Part shown: one piece after another, positions 48,447 to 60,589 of the stretch | Position numbering within the stretch: position 1 is the stretch's first letter | How the letters are laid out: the number at the start of each line of letters is the position of its first letter | The notes under the pieces: model-generated | Databases searched by the model: none | What the model saw: the letters and a program-made list of their open reading frames with translations, nothing else | Told to the model about the DNA's origin: nothing | Program-made: the position numbers and the translations under genes | Origin: Narcine bancroftii | Lineage: Eukaryota | Reading direction: 5' to 3' | NCBI RefSeq assembly: GCF_036971445.1 | Contig: NC_091475.1 | Location: 20,646,001 to 20,710,000, forward strand | Length of the DNA: 64,000 nucleotides

Positions 48447-48466
48447 TCAGTCTCTCTGTCTCTGTC

Positions 48467-48510
<44 letters not shown>
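48447..48510. repeat. (CT)n/(CTGT) microsatellite
   Basis: Direct inspection. Confidence 0.95.
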
Positions 48511-48513
<3 letters not shown>

Positions 48514-48519
48514 TTTAGT

Positions 48520-49150
48520 AAGAAACCCACATTTGCTTTTATGAAAGGATTTTTGCTTTTATGAAAAAAATGTGAAAGAGCAATAAAGCAGTGACCATTA
48601 CAGAGCCAGTGAGCAGTCAGTTCGCAGCCAGTGGGGCTGTCACAGGGTGACTGGTGGGACTGCCAGCGCATGGACGGTGCAGCTGTCGGTATGCAGCTGA
48701 TGGAGCTGTCATAAACCGGCTGTGTGCTGACTTCCCCACTAGCCATGCGGTGTCACAGGGTGGCCAGTGGGACTGTCAGGACACAACTGGTCGGGTTGTC
48801 AGTGTGCAGCCAGTGGGGCTGTAAATGCTCAGCCAGTGGGCTATAAGAACACAGCCGGTGGGGCTGTCAAATTTGCTGTCTTCCCAATTCTGGTAAGTGA
48901 AACTACACCGTACATACATTATTTCTACTTGATATAGGCTGTGTATTTATCTTATCATTCCTGCTTTTACTACAGTATATGTTATTTTACACTCAATGTC
49001 TTATTTGGTATGATTGGGTTGGTTAATTTTTGGGTCTGGAACACTCAAAATATTTTCCCATAGGAATCAATGTTAATCACTTCTCTTTATGCCAATTTGG
49101 TTTACAAAAAGTTACATAGAGTCATTCTAGTTTCATGAAGCTGGGTTTAT
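48520..49150. mobile_element. Tigger/pogo-like non-autonomous element with internal degenerate tandem repeats (cagccagtggggctgtca, 48600-48870)
   Basis: Imperfect inverted ends aaacccacatttgcttttatgaaa / tttcatgaagctgggttt; about 10 degenerate 25-27 bp GC-rich units. Confidence 0.5.
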
Positions 49151-49638
49151 TTCTGCTGATTAGTTGGGCTTCAATGAATATATGAAAAAGACGTGTGATT
49201 TATGTCACCCTGTGAAACTTAAATGATATTCAGGCCAAACTCAGAAAATACCTGTAGGTGAAACCACCTACAAAGGCACATATGGAACATAGAGCCTTAC
49301 AGTGCGGGCCCTTCAGTCTAATGTTGTGCCAACCTGTGTAAACCTACTTCACCATCAATCTAACACTATCAACCTGACAGCCTATACCCATTTGTCTTAC
49401 ATCCATGCCCCTGTTCAAGAATCATTTTTAATCTCTCTGTTGTACCTGCCTCCACCAACACCCCTCGTGATGCATTCCAGGCACCCACCACTCTTTGTTT
49501 AAAAATACTTGTCTAACATCCCACCTAAATGTTCCTCCAGTCACCTTGAACAGATGTCCTCTGGAATTGATCATTGCCATCCAAGGAGAAAGGCGCTGGT
49601 TGTACACCCTGTCTATACCTTTCCTAATCATATATGGA

Positions 49639-49730
49639 AATCTGACAACCAACATTTTATTTCTTTAGGCATTTGTTTGAGCAATCTTGGGAGTCCGATA
49701 ACATCACACACTCACAATCATATATAAAGG
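49639..49730 (+). promoter_or_regulatory. Gene C proximal promoter (TATA box, GATA-like, FOX/C-EBP-like motifs)
   Basis: TATATAAA 49721-49728; CGATAA 49696-49701; TGTTTG 49674-49679 overlapping TTGAGCAA 49677-49684; AATCTGACA 49639-49647, which is shared with gene B. Confidence 0.6.
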
Positions 49731-49763
49731 TTACACAGCCACAATGTAGGCACCACCGACAGG

Positions 49764-49893
49764 ATGAAGATTCTTGTTGCTCTCAGCTTTCTGCTGACGG
49801 TCGTCAGCGCCGAAGTCCTTTCACGATGCGAAGTCGTTAATGCCATCAAGAATTCAAAGTTGATGCAATTCTCCGAGTACACAGTGGCAGACT
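49764..49893 (+). CDS. Gene C exon 1 (130 nt coding; absent from the ORF track)
   Basis: aggATG start; signal peptide; SRCEVV; donor T|gtgagt at 49894; collinear with gene B exon 1. Confidence 0.94.
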
Positions 49894-52800
49894 GTGAGTA
49901 ACACTTCTCCTATTCTGTCTCCTGGATTGTTGCAATTAGATGGAAAGAAAAGACAATGTTTTGTTTAAATGTGACATTGTCCTGAATTGGCACTGGGTTT
50001 TATGTCTGTTTTAGGTTGCTCTTATAAGTGAGTAGAAGGATAGCTAGCTGGAAAATACAACATGTAAATAGTGGGTGGGATGGTGTGTTCAGCTTGGAGT
50101 TTGTATCCCATCTTATATTCTCCGCACGTACCCCAACTCCTGGATTCCACCACTCATCTAGGTTCTGAAGATAATCTATGGCCAAGTCATTGGGTACATT
50201 TAAGGAAAAGACTGAAAGGTACTTGCTTAGCCAGGGTTATGGAGAGAAGGCCGGGCTGTTGGGCTGTAGAAAAATGGATCAGCTCATGATGAAATGGCAG
50301 GGCAGGCACAATGGGCTGAAGAGCCTATTTCTGCTCCCTTGGCTTCTGGTCACTTGGTAAAGTAACTGAGCAATCAGCCATTTCTGGCATGTAGGAGGAA
50401 ACCAGGGCACCAGTGGCAAAGCCACTTTGTCACAGGTAGCAAGAGTGAATTCCACACAGACAGCACCTGAGCTCAAGGTTGAACCTGGGTCTCTGGAGTT
50501 GTGATGTAGTGACTACTTGTTGTTCCATCTTGTTGCCCACACTGAAGACTGTGGACCCACCAAGCAACCGAGTATGAGTAGATGTAATCTAACAGCTGAA
50601 TCTTCCAATATTTTTGGTTTCATTTTCAGATTTCTCATATCTAGTATACAATCTTTAGGAAGGGCAGGAATTGCTTTGGCCCTGATAGAGTCAACGAGCA
50701 CAGATAAAGACCATTGAGGCCACCATGTTTATGCTGACATTTGAGTCTCTGTCCATGGAATAGAATGCCATAGGTGCTCTGTGATTAGTAAGGATTTACT
50801 TAAGGATGTATCTGAGAGGAAAATAAATGGTTGACAACCATTGGTCTCTACTATTCCCATTTCCCAGCATTTGTCCTGCAGGTTTTGATGCTTTTCCGAA
50901 TTGAGTAATTGTCCGAAACTAATTGTTGAAGGCCCACAAGAAACAAACTCCAAAGAAACCCAAAGGAAGCCACCGAGCAAATGTCGGCTGTTTCAGTCCC
51001 CAGACTGATTTCATCAGTAGAGCTGAGTGTCAGTGTGTGAATGCCAATATCCTGCTTCCTGGCTGAGATCCAGCTTTTGTCATTTTGTTCCCCTTTCGCA
51101 TCTATGTTTTTACAGCAGGGTGTGAGACAGTCCACCCTCGACTTGATGCAAAGCTTACAATAACTTCCCATCTACTTCATCGCTTTGGAGGGAATCAGTA
51201 TTCCATCGCTCCCTGTTGTAGTCAACAATGTCTTTATTTAAATTCCAGGGGTGTGCATGGCTTCTCACGAGAGTAGCTATAACACGCTTGCAGTCAATTA
51301 TGAGAAGGGCAGCAATGGAAAGATCTGGTCAGGAGACTACGGAATTTTCCAGATCAACAGTAAATGGTGGTGTGTTGATACGATGTTTCCATCTGGAGCC
51401 AACGGCTGCAATACGAACTGTAACTGTAAGTAAACATTATTAATATAGGTCGTTGAAAAGTGGAGCTCAGGAGCAGGCCATTTGGCCCATGATGCCTGCG
51501 CCAAACACGATACCAAAATAAAGTCCCTGCTGCTTGCATATCAAAATCGGAACTTATCGTCATAAGCAGGTGTCACAAAATGTATGTTTTGCAGGTGCAA
51601 GAATTGCTAGAAAGTACATCTGTAAAAATAATTAATTAATGACAAAGAATAGAATAAATTGAGGTGGGGTCTGTGGTTCATTGTCCATTCAGAAATCTGA
51701 TAGTGGAGGGGAAGAAGCTGTTTTTGTACCATTGGGTGTTTATCTTCAGACTCCTCTACATCCTTCCTGACGGTAGCACTGAGAAGAGGGTATTGCCTGG
51801 ATTGTGAGGGTCCTGGATGACAGAGGCACAATCCAAGTCCCTCTGTTCCCTGTATGTTCATATGTCTATCTGGAAACATCTTAACCACTAAATTTTAGAC
51901 TACAGAGAAATGACAAGATAGAGGATCAGTGAAAGGAAATAAGAGATCAGCCATGCTAATGAAAGCCAGGACAGACACAAGGGGCTGAATGTCCTTGTCT
52001 TTCTCTTACTGCTACAGCAGCTGTAAAATGATGAGTTGATGGTGTTTCAGACAGCGTCACTTCATCTCCTTCCTTCTCCGTTACCTACTTTTTGGAGCAT
52101 TTTCATGAACATTCATGTTTTCCCACTTTCTGCAGTGAATCTGAACCTCAATATCACTTGTGCTGTTCTCTATACAACTTAGAACATTACAACACACAAC
52201 AGGCCCTTCAGTCATGATGCCTTGCTGACCCATATAAACCTACCAAACAACAACCTAATTTGTCCCTATCTCACACCCATAACCCACTGCTTTTTCTCAC
52301 ATTCATGTGCCTAATAGTCTTTGAATGTCCCTATTGTACCAGCTTCCACCACCACAACTGGCACAATTGCATTCCCTGGCAGAAAAACAAGGTACACCTT
52401 GCCACATTTTTTAATATGTGGGAATGTAGTCATTTTAAGTCCTGTGATGTGGGAGAAGGCAAGTCCATAAGCAGCAGTTCACTTTCTATCTGAGGTGCGT
52501 TCTGACACTCGGTTGGAAGAACAATGTTATTCCGAAACTTTCTCACTCATATTTGAACACAGTCAGAGGTTAGTTTATTGACTATTTTCTTGTTTCTTTC
52601 ATTCCCACAGCTTTCCTAACTTATAATGGTGACTTACAACCTTCCATCGATTGCGCTGCAATCATAGTGCAACAACAAGGAATGCAGGCCTGGTATGTAG
52701 AAACCTCCATCTACTGTCTCTCCTTTTATTTGCTTTGATTAAAATGAATTAGGATTCAATCAAATCACAAACGGAGTATCCTAAAGAGATTTAGTAAAAC

Positions 52801-54589
52801 ACGAAAGTCGCCAGGTGCTGGGGTTGAAGTACAAACACAATGCTGGAGAGACTCAGCAGGTCATGTACTATCCCACCAAGAACACCCATAAATAGGAGGA
52901 GGAGCAACACCAAATTTAGCATCTGGGCTCTCTCCAACTGGATGGCTTTAGCATCAATTTCTCCATTTTCTGCTAGCTTGTTACCTGTTGTCCATCTCTT
53001 CTCCATCCTTCTGTCTTCTGTCCTCCAGTTCTCCATCCCCTTCGTTCTCCCTTTCACAGAGACATCCCCCCTCCACCTGTTCACTGTTGTGCCCTCCCTC
53101 CCTTATCCAACTTTTATTTCCCTCCTATCGAACTGTGCTCCTCCCCTTCACCCTCCCCTTATCCACCATTTTGTTTGAGTGCCTGTCCACATTTTGTTCA
53201 TTCCTTGTTGAAGGGCTCAGGCCTGAAATGTTGGTTATGTATCTCTATCTTTGATCTGCAAAGTACATTGTATGACCTGCTGAGATTCTCCAGCACTGTT
53301 TTTTTTTTAACTATTATTCTAAAGAGATTGTTGCAGCAAAGTGTTTTTTCCAGAGATATTAAAGATACTGATAACGGGTGAGAATTAGACTGAGTGGCAG
53401 ATTGTACTGCAGGATATTGTTCATTAAATACTAAATGAATGGGAACTGTTAGACTATGGCAGGGAGACTTGCATTAAATGTTATTTTAAAAGGTCTGTCA
53501 CACAATGAATTGGAGGCAGAGGATTTTTATATAATGTGTCGGGGGCAGCGGATTGTTACACACTCTTATCAGAGTCAGTGGGGAATTATACTGTGTGCAT
53601 CAAACAAAGGTTATTGGAAGGAATGGATTATAAACACTATTGGAAACAGTGCAGTATTATACAGAGTATCAAAGGCAGAGGATGTTGGTGTATGCAACAG
53701 CCGTGCATTATCCAGTGTATCAGAGGTTGGAGCATCAGAGATGGTAGGGAGTAACACGTGGTATCAGATGTCAAAATCTATGATTAAATATGTGGAAGGC
53801 AGGGGTATATTATGTGGGATGTATGAAGAAGGACAGGGAGGGGTATGGTAGCACAGAGAATATATGTTTTTCAGTGCATTTCAGGAATGGGTGCGGAACA
53901 TAAGTGCGTCACAGAAATAGAGTATCTTGCATAGTGCATTACAGTGAAACACAAAAGTCTGCAGATGCTGTGATGACGGTTAAAACACTGAATGTTGGAG
54001 GAAATCAGAAGGTTTTGCCATGCCAATAGGTGTTAATTATATATAACCAACATTTGGGCCTGAGCCCTTGAAGAAGGACTCAGTCCTGAAACGTCAGAAA
54101 CATATCTTTACCTCCTATGGACTCTGTGAGACCTATTGAGTTTAAATTTAAATTTAGACATACAGTATGTAATAGTCCTTTTCGGCCCACTAGCCTGTGC
54201 TACCCATTTGACCTATAACCCCCATATATTTTTGAAAAGAGAGAGAAAACCAGAGCTCCCAGGGGAAATCCATTCAGACATGGGAGAACATAGAAAAGCA
54301 GGATGCAAACCTGGGTCGCTGGTGCTGTGACAGCGTTACACTATCTGTGTTGCCAGCATTCCTGTATTTTTAGTGTATCTCAGAGAGAGAGAAAACTGTT
54401 AATGATGGTTTTATCAATGAGCAGTCAGGAGGAGGTAACATCAATGCTTTCAAATAGTCAACAATAAAACCATTTGTTTGATTCTTTTACGTCTGCGATT
54501 GTCTCATGTTCTATGATTTGCTTTATAGGACAAGTTGGGTCGACAACTGTCAAGGCAAGTGGATTTCCTATTACACATGGTGCGGTTAA
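49764..54589 (+). CDS. Lysozyme C-like gene C (acidic, arginine-poor); join(49764..49893,51249..51425,52611..52692,54529..54589), 149 aa precursor
   Basis: Hand-spliced translation: [149 protein letters not shown]. It has 8 Cys, Glu35 (GAG 51269-51271) and the Asp52 equivalent (GAC 51335-51337). Introns are GT-AG. Confidence 0.95.
51249..51425 (+). CDS. Gene C exon 2 (177 nt)
   Basis: Acceptor ttccag|; WVCMASHES...[15 protein letters not shown]; donor T|gtaagt. Confidence 0.96.
52611..52692 (+). CDS. Gene C exon 3 (82 nt)
   Basis: Long pyrimidine tract ending cccacag|; SFLTYNGDLQPSIDCAAIIVQQQGMQAW; donor TG|gtatgt. Confidence 0.93.
52795..53310. mobile_element. Penelope-derived foldback in gene C intron 3
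   Basis: acaatgctggagagactcagcaggtca ... tgacctgctgagattctccagcactgt inverted arms around a Penelope 3' fragment. Confidence 0.7.
53946..54375. mobile_element. Penelope terminal-repeat foldback interrupted by a V-SINE (about 54140-54355, -)
   Basis: Head-to-head gggcctgagccctt / gaagaaggactcagtcctgaaacgtc centred at about 54068. Confidence 0.65.
54529..54589 (+). CDS. Gene C exon 4 coding part
   Basis: Acceptor ttgctttatag|; (W)TSWVDNCQGKWISYYTWCG then TAA. Confidence 0.93.
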
Positions 54590-54725
54590 CAAAGGTGGAT
54601 ATCATTAGACTGGCAAATCCCATGCACTTTGGTAACACAAAGAAGATGGATTTCAAACAGTGATCCTGTCTTGCAGAGTTATTTCATTGTCAACTGGTTT
54701 AGATTCAATTGGAAAAATATACATC

Positions 54726-54731
54726 AATAAA
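54726..54731 (+). terminator. Probable gene C polyadenylation signal
   Basis: First AATAAA, about 137 nt after the stop codon. Confidence 0.6.
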
Positions 54732-55019
54732 AGTCGAAAGTCAAGTGCTTTATTCTTGTTGACCAATCCATTTATAAAATCTGGGTCTATTCCTGGAAAC
54801 TGGAAGATGAAATTTTACAAAGCATATTATTTTTATATGGGTAGTAAAGGGATGGGTGACCAAAAGATACAAGGTGTCATAAAAGCAGTAGGAAAAAACA
54901 TTACACGATGGAGGAATAATGAAAGGACAAGATGTTCTTTGAGCAAACATATAAGATGATTAAATCAGCATTAATAGATTATCTTTAAAGGAAATTAATA
55001 ATATAATTATGGTTAATAT

Positions 55020-55133
55020 CTTCTCTTTGGCTTGGCTTCGCGGACGAAGATTTATGGAGGGGTAATGTCCACGTCAGCTGCAGGCTCGTTTGTGGCTGAC
55101 AAGTCCGATGTGGGACAGGCAGACACGATTGCA
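55020..55133 (-). mobile_element. RTE LINE extreme 3' fragment
   Basis: Reverse complement of 24485-24597. Confidence 0.85.
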
Positions 55134-57351
55134 AACTTGTAAAAACAATGATTGGAGAAAATGGATTATATTATATTAAATTATTTTATTGTCTTGTACT
55201 CATTCACAGAATGTAATAATACACAAAATTTGTCAACTTTCACCTGCCTTAAAAACCCACAAAGAGAAATATAAGCAAAATGATCCTGTCAGAAACTCTG
55301 ATTGTCCATGGATTCACCTCCAGTTCGCCTGCAGCTGCACAGACGGTTATTTCATTGGAGAACCCAAGCTCTCAGATATGATTGTCCAATATAATCCTGA
55401 TGTTTTCAGCACGTGAGGCCCTTTCGCAAAATCTTCTTGCCCTTACCACCCCTCGAATCCCGGTTCCAATAATTGGATCCCACGAGCGGGTCAACAGCAG
55501 CTGTTGGCCCTTCAGCTGTTGTGAACTTCACTGGCCAACTAGCATTGTCTTCTTCTCTGTAGGATCGTCTTCCTAGGCATCTTATTCTCAGCCAGTGGCT
55601 GTTTCTCCTCTCTGGTGCCCTGCACTGGTCTGCTGATCCTGATGTCTGCAACCCCTCATGGATCACTGCCAAACATGAGCACCGATTTTGTGGGTACAGA
55701 CCTCTGTGGTTTCTAGATTTAAAAAAAAACACCCTTGACTCCTTGATGTATCGTGCTGTGGGGAAACATTTGAGGCAATGATAGTGAACAAAGAATTTTA
55801 GAGGTGACTTCACCTGAAGAGTTGATCCCCCAGCATTGAAATGAATGGAAAGATCAAACATACAGCTGTGACTCTCAAATCAATTCCACTTTCCTATTTT
55901 CACCATGTAACACTTCATTTGCCTCACTGATCAGGCATTTTCACCTTAAAAACATTCATAGAACAATTCTGAGCGAGAAAGTTCAAAAAATTCATGACCT
56001 TTTCATTTCTTTAAATCTTTTTCCCTCCCACAAGTAAGTACCTATGACCTCTTACCTGTTAACCTATGTTCCTCCCCCTTCCCCTTCCTCGCTCCTCTCC
56101 TTTTCCCCATTTCCCCTCACCACCCTTTTTATTTGGGTGTCCCTGTTTTTTCAATTCTTAATGAAGGGCAAAGGCCCCAAACATCGACTCCCTTTACCTC
56201 CTCTGGATTCTGTGTGACCTGCTGAGTTTCTCCTGCACCTTTGTGTATTGCACTTGATCCCAGCATCTGCAGAATTTGTTTTTTTTTACTTTATGCTTAC
56301 ATTTCTGCCTGTCTGAATTTTGCTTTAATTCAGTGGTTTTCAAACATTTTCTTTTTCCTCACATACCACCTAAAGTAATCCATGTGCCATAGGTGCTTTG
56401 TGATTAGTAAGGGTTTTTTTGAGGTGGAATGTGAGTGGAAAGAAAAAGTTTGAAAACCACTGTTTTGATCGTACCTAATTGACTCGTTATGTGCACGGTT
56501 TCATAACTCCAAAGGAAATGGGCCAATGACAATTTTTCTGAATTAAAATATTTCAGTAACAATTGGGTCTAGAACAGTGGTTCAATTGGATCCCATCAAT
56601 GCAGGGTAACTGTTTTTTTTAATTTAAACATGCAGCACAGTGACAGGCTCTTTCAAACCACAAGCCCATGCCGCCCAATTAAACTCAATTGACCGACAAC
56701 CCTGTTCCGGACGATAGGAGGAATCCGGAGCCTCTGGGGAAAACCCAGACAGACACAGGAAGAACGTATGAACTCTTTTCAGACAGCATGGGAATCAATC
56801 CCTGGTCCCGATTACTGGTGTTGCAACATTGTTGCGCTAACTGCTGCACTAACTGTACTGTCCCTGCTTATTGTTGGACACTGACACAAGAAGCATCAGA
56901 TGCTGAGTACAAATCAAAATCAACAGCATAACATTTTAGGTCAATTGAACTAATAAAATGTGTTGCCATCGTTATGCGATTAAACATGCTAAATTCAATA
57001 AAAGTTAATTTAATGTTTTGCCAACTTCCTACCTCGTACAGCAAATCTGAAATTATCTCTGTGTTCAGCTTGGAGTTGTCTATCATAATCCCCATTTTTT
57101 TCAGGAAGCAAACTTTTTGAAAAATGTTGTTGTCTAGTGTAATTAAACAAGGCAAGCATGGTAACAGGCTCTTCAGCTCAGGATATCTGGTGTAAAAACA
57201 TGCCAAATTAAACTAAATCACTGCTGCTTGCACATGATCCACGTCCCTCCATTCCCTGCACGTTCACATATCTATCCAAAGATAGACTGTGGCACTATTT
57301 CTGGCAGCCTGCTCCAGGGACATGATGTTAAGTGGAAAGATCAGTAAGTGC

Positions 57352-57596
57352 GTAGCAAATGCAGAATGATTGAACTGCTAGGAAAACTCAGCAAGTCTTG
57401 CAGCATCCATGGAAAGCAATAGGCAGTTGATGTTCCAGGCCCTGAGTCCTTCTTTGGGTAGAAATCAAACCTGAGGAAGGACTCAGACTGTAACACCGAC
57501 AGCCTATTACTTTTGATGGACACTGCCTGACCTGCTGAGTATCTCCAGCACTTTTCTAGTTCTGCACTAAACCCCAGCAGTGGCAGATTTCTTGTT
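57352..57596. mobile_element. Penelope terminal-repeat foldback
   Basis: Arms aaactcagcaagtc...ctgagtcctt and aaggactcag...gacctgctgagta around a short spacer. Confidence 0.65.
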
Positions 57597-60589
57597 TTTT
57601 ATCATCTTGTTAAATTCGTGTTCTATTACATGACAATTTTTAGTCTTGGTCATATATAACTTGGGTGTATGAGGCAGATTTATTTTTGCACAGATTTGGT
57701 TATGGTACTCAATCTCAGAGAAGGTATTGCAACCAACAGCCACCTTTCATTAAAGTTTCAATCAAATTCAGGGAGATGTAAACATTTGCCTGATTACTTG
57801 TAATTATTTTTTTGTTCTCAAGTTCAGCCCATTATGCACACTCCTTTGACAGGAGGTATATCAAGAAAGTCCCGGTCAGCTACTTCACAGGTATTGTTGC
57901 TGCAAAGCATTGGATCAGAGGTCAATCCACAGGACCATAAGAGTGGCAGAAAGGTCACTGGAATCTCCTTCCCCCCATGGATGTGATCTACCAGGATCAT
58001 TGTCTAAAGAAGGTGCACAAAATCATTCAGGACCCCTACCACACTACACACAGCATCTGTCAGCTGCTCCCATTGAGAAAAAGGTATTATACCGAGCACC
58101 ACCAGGCTGAGGAACTACTTCTTCCCACGGGCAGTGAGAATGCTGAACGACCAAAGGAACTGCTCACACTAACCATCTGAGACTCTCATATTCATGAAAA
58201 CAATATCTATTTATTTATATATTTGAATATAGAAATACTAGCCTGCATTATGCTTTGCCTGTATGAGTGTTATGCCTGGTTGTACATTATGCATTGTCTG
58301 TATGTGTTTTGCACTGAATACGGGAGAATGCTGCTTCATCGGGTTGACAAAAATCTTCTTTTTCAATATTTTTGAGTTTTATAAGTAAATTGTACATAGG
58401 TAATAATAATAAGAATATGTATCCAACAATGTAGATATAATATTTCATATGGCTACAAATAACCTATGATACATTGAAAAATACAAAAAAAGAAAAAATA
58501 AACATGTAAACATGAAGCTAATAATCTAACCCCTTCCTTGTGAAATTATTGGTTGAACATATGTTATCCACTGCTGTAAAAGGGCAAACAACCAAACCAC
58601 AAAATGGGATCTGAATAATCTTATAAATTATGAAAATAATTAAGAAATAAACCCCATACACTTTCAAAGATAAAATTCATTTCAGTCATAGAGCATCTAA
58701 TTTTTTCCAAAGTCAGGCTTGCCATCACATCAGATAGCTATTGAGTATGAATTGGGGGAAGATCATTTTTCTGTCTCATTAATATAGCGCTTCAGGCGAT
58801 AAGGAGATCAAAGGCAACTATATGGGATTGTGTCACATTCTGAATAAATATTACAATAGAATGTAGCCAATTGAACTTTGGAGAAGTAAGCTCGATGTAC
58901 AAATTTAAATTGTATTAAGGAGGGTCGGGCACATAGAGAAGATGAATGTACCAATTTCAAAATAGCATCCCATGTATCATCAGAAAATAATTATTGAAAA
59001 TCTTGCTTCCATAATTTTTTTTGTCTTGTCCAGGGAATTACTACTAGACAGCAATAATTATCATAAAGAACTGATATCAACTTTTAATGATTCGGTTTAA
59101 AATTATAAACCTTCTCTGTCAGATTTAATTTCAGAACTTGAGGGATTCTCAGTATCAAGGAATTCAAGAAGCTCCTAATTTGTAAATATCTTTAAAAAAA
59201 ATGTTTAGATAGCTTAAACTCAGAAGATAATTGTTCAAAAGAAGCCATGTTTTGGTCAATAAAAAGATCTCGAAAGGATTGTATAGCTAACTCTAAAAAT
59301 ATGAAAAAGAAAATTAGCTAAAAGGGGCCTGACTAACAGAAATCTATGGTACCCAAAATGTTTTCTAAATTGAAACCAAATTCACAACATACGTTAAACA
59401 ACAAAATTATCAGTTAATTTAGAAGCAGAGAAATAATGCTCCAACTATTGAAATAAGAGAATACTACTCAGTAGATTCAATTTCGAGATTAATTCAACTT
59501 GCAGCATCTTGCATATGATGAATCCAAAAAGCGATATCTCTAATATTAGCTGCCCAATAATAAATCTAAGGTTAGGCAATGCCAAACCCCCTTACCTGTT
59601 ATGGTTTGAAGAAAAGTTTAATTAAGATGGGAGCATTTAATTTTCCAAACAAAAGAAGAGATAATTGAATCAAGCGAATTTAAAAAAAAGTTTTGGGAAC
59701 AAATATAGGTTCATCCTGAAAAATGTATAGTGACTTAGGTAGGATATTCATCTCCATGACAATAATGCATCCAATTAAAGGCATTGAGAGAGGAAACCAT
59801 TGAGCTAAGGACTTCTTGACATGGTTCATTAAGGTGAGAAATGTCTCCTTAAAAAAATTATTGAAGTTCTTGGTAACAGCAACACCTAAATAATTAAACT
59901 GATTTTTAGCAATTTTAAAAGGAAAAGGAAATCTAGAAAGCTGGAAGAGTTCAATATAATCATCTCACTTTTCTTGAGATTTAATTTATAATCTGAAAAT
60001 TGACCACATTGATGAAGGAGTGATAAAATAGTTGGAAATGAAATTTGAGTGTCAGATATATACAATAGGACGTCATTCGGTTAAAGCAGGCTTTATAAGT
60101 ATTCCCACCTCTTATAATTCCAGAAAATAATCAGAATGTCAAGAGGCGACTACTAAAGATTCTAATGTCTATTTCCAAAATTAACCATGTATGGTTTGGA
60201 TTTTATTGAATTGGTAAAAGTTCAAGCACTAGGAGACAAATATATTAATCCAATTAATAAATTTAGGACCAAGGTTAAATTTCTTTTTTATATTAAATAA
60301 TTAATGCCATTCTACTCTATCAAAGGCTTTCTCAGCATCCAATGAAATAATACATTCAGAAGGTGAAACAGTGGAAGAATAAACAACAGATGAAAGATAT
60401 TAAATTGTGAATAACAACTCTTAATAAAGCCAGTTTGAATTTCAGAAATAATAAGGGGCAAAATATTTTCAAACCTATAGGTCAAAATCTTAGACTGTAT
60501 CGTAGCATTGGCATTCAAAAGAGAAATTGGCCTGCAGCAAGAACAGTCAGAAGGATCTTTACTCTTTATTAAAATAAGAGAGATTGAAG

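Noticed and set aside
49744-49749. ATG-TAG start-stop uORF before gene C
   Set aside because: It lies only about 23 nt after the start of the TATA box, probably at or upstream of the transcription start; it cannot be supported without TSS data.
54068-54095. Active sense-strand ribozyme cleaving gene C pre-mRNA
   Set aside because: The core and stem II are present, but stem I cannot pair well (ccc versus aga) and stem III needs a dimer partner. It is kept only as a family member.
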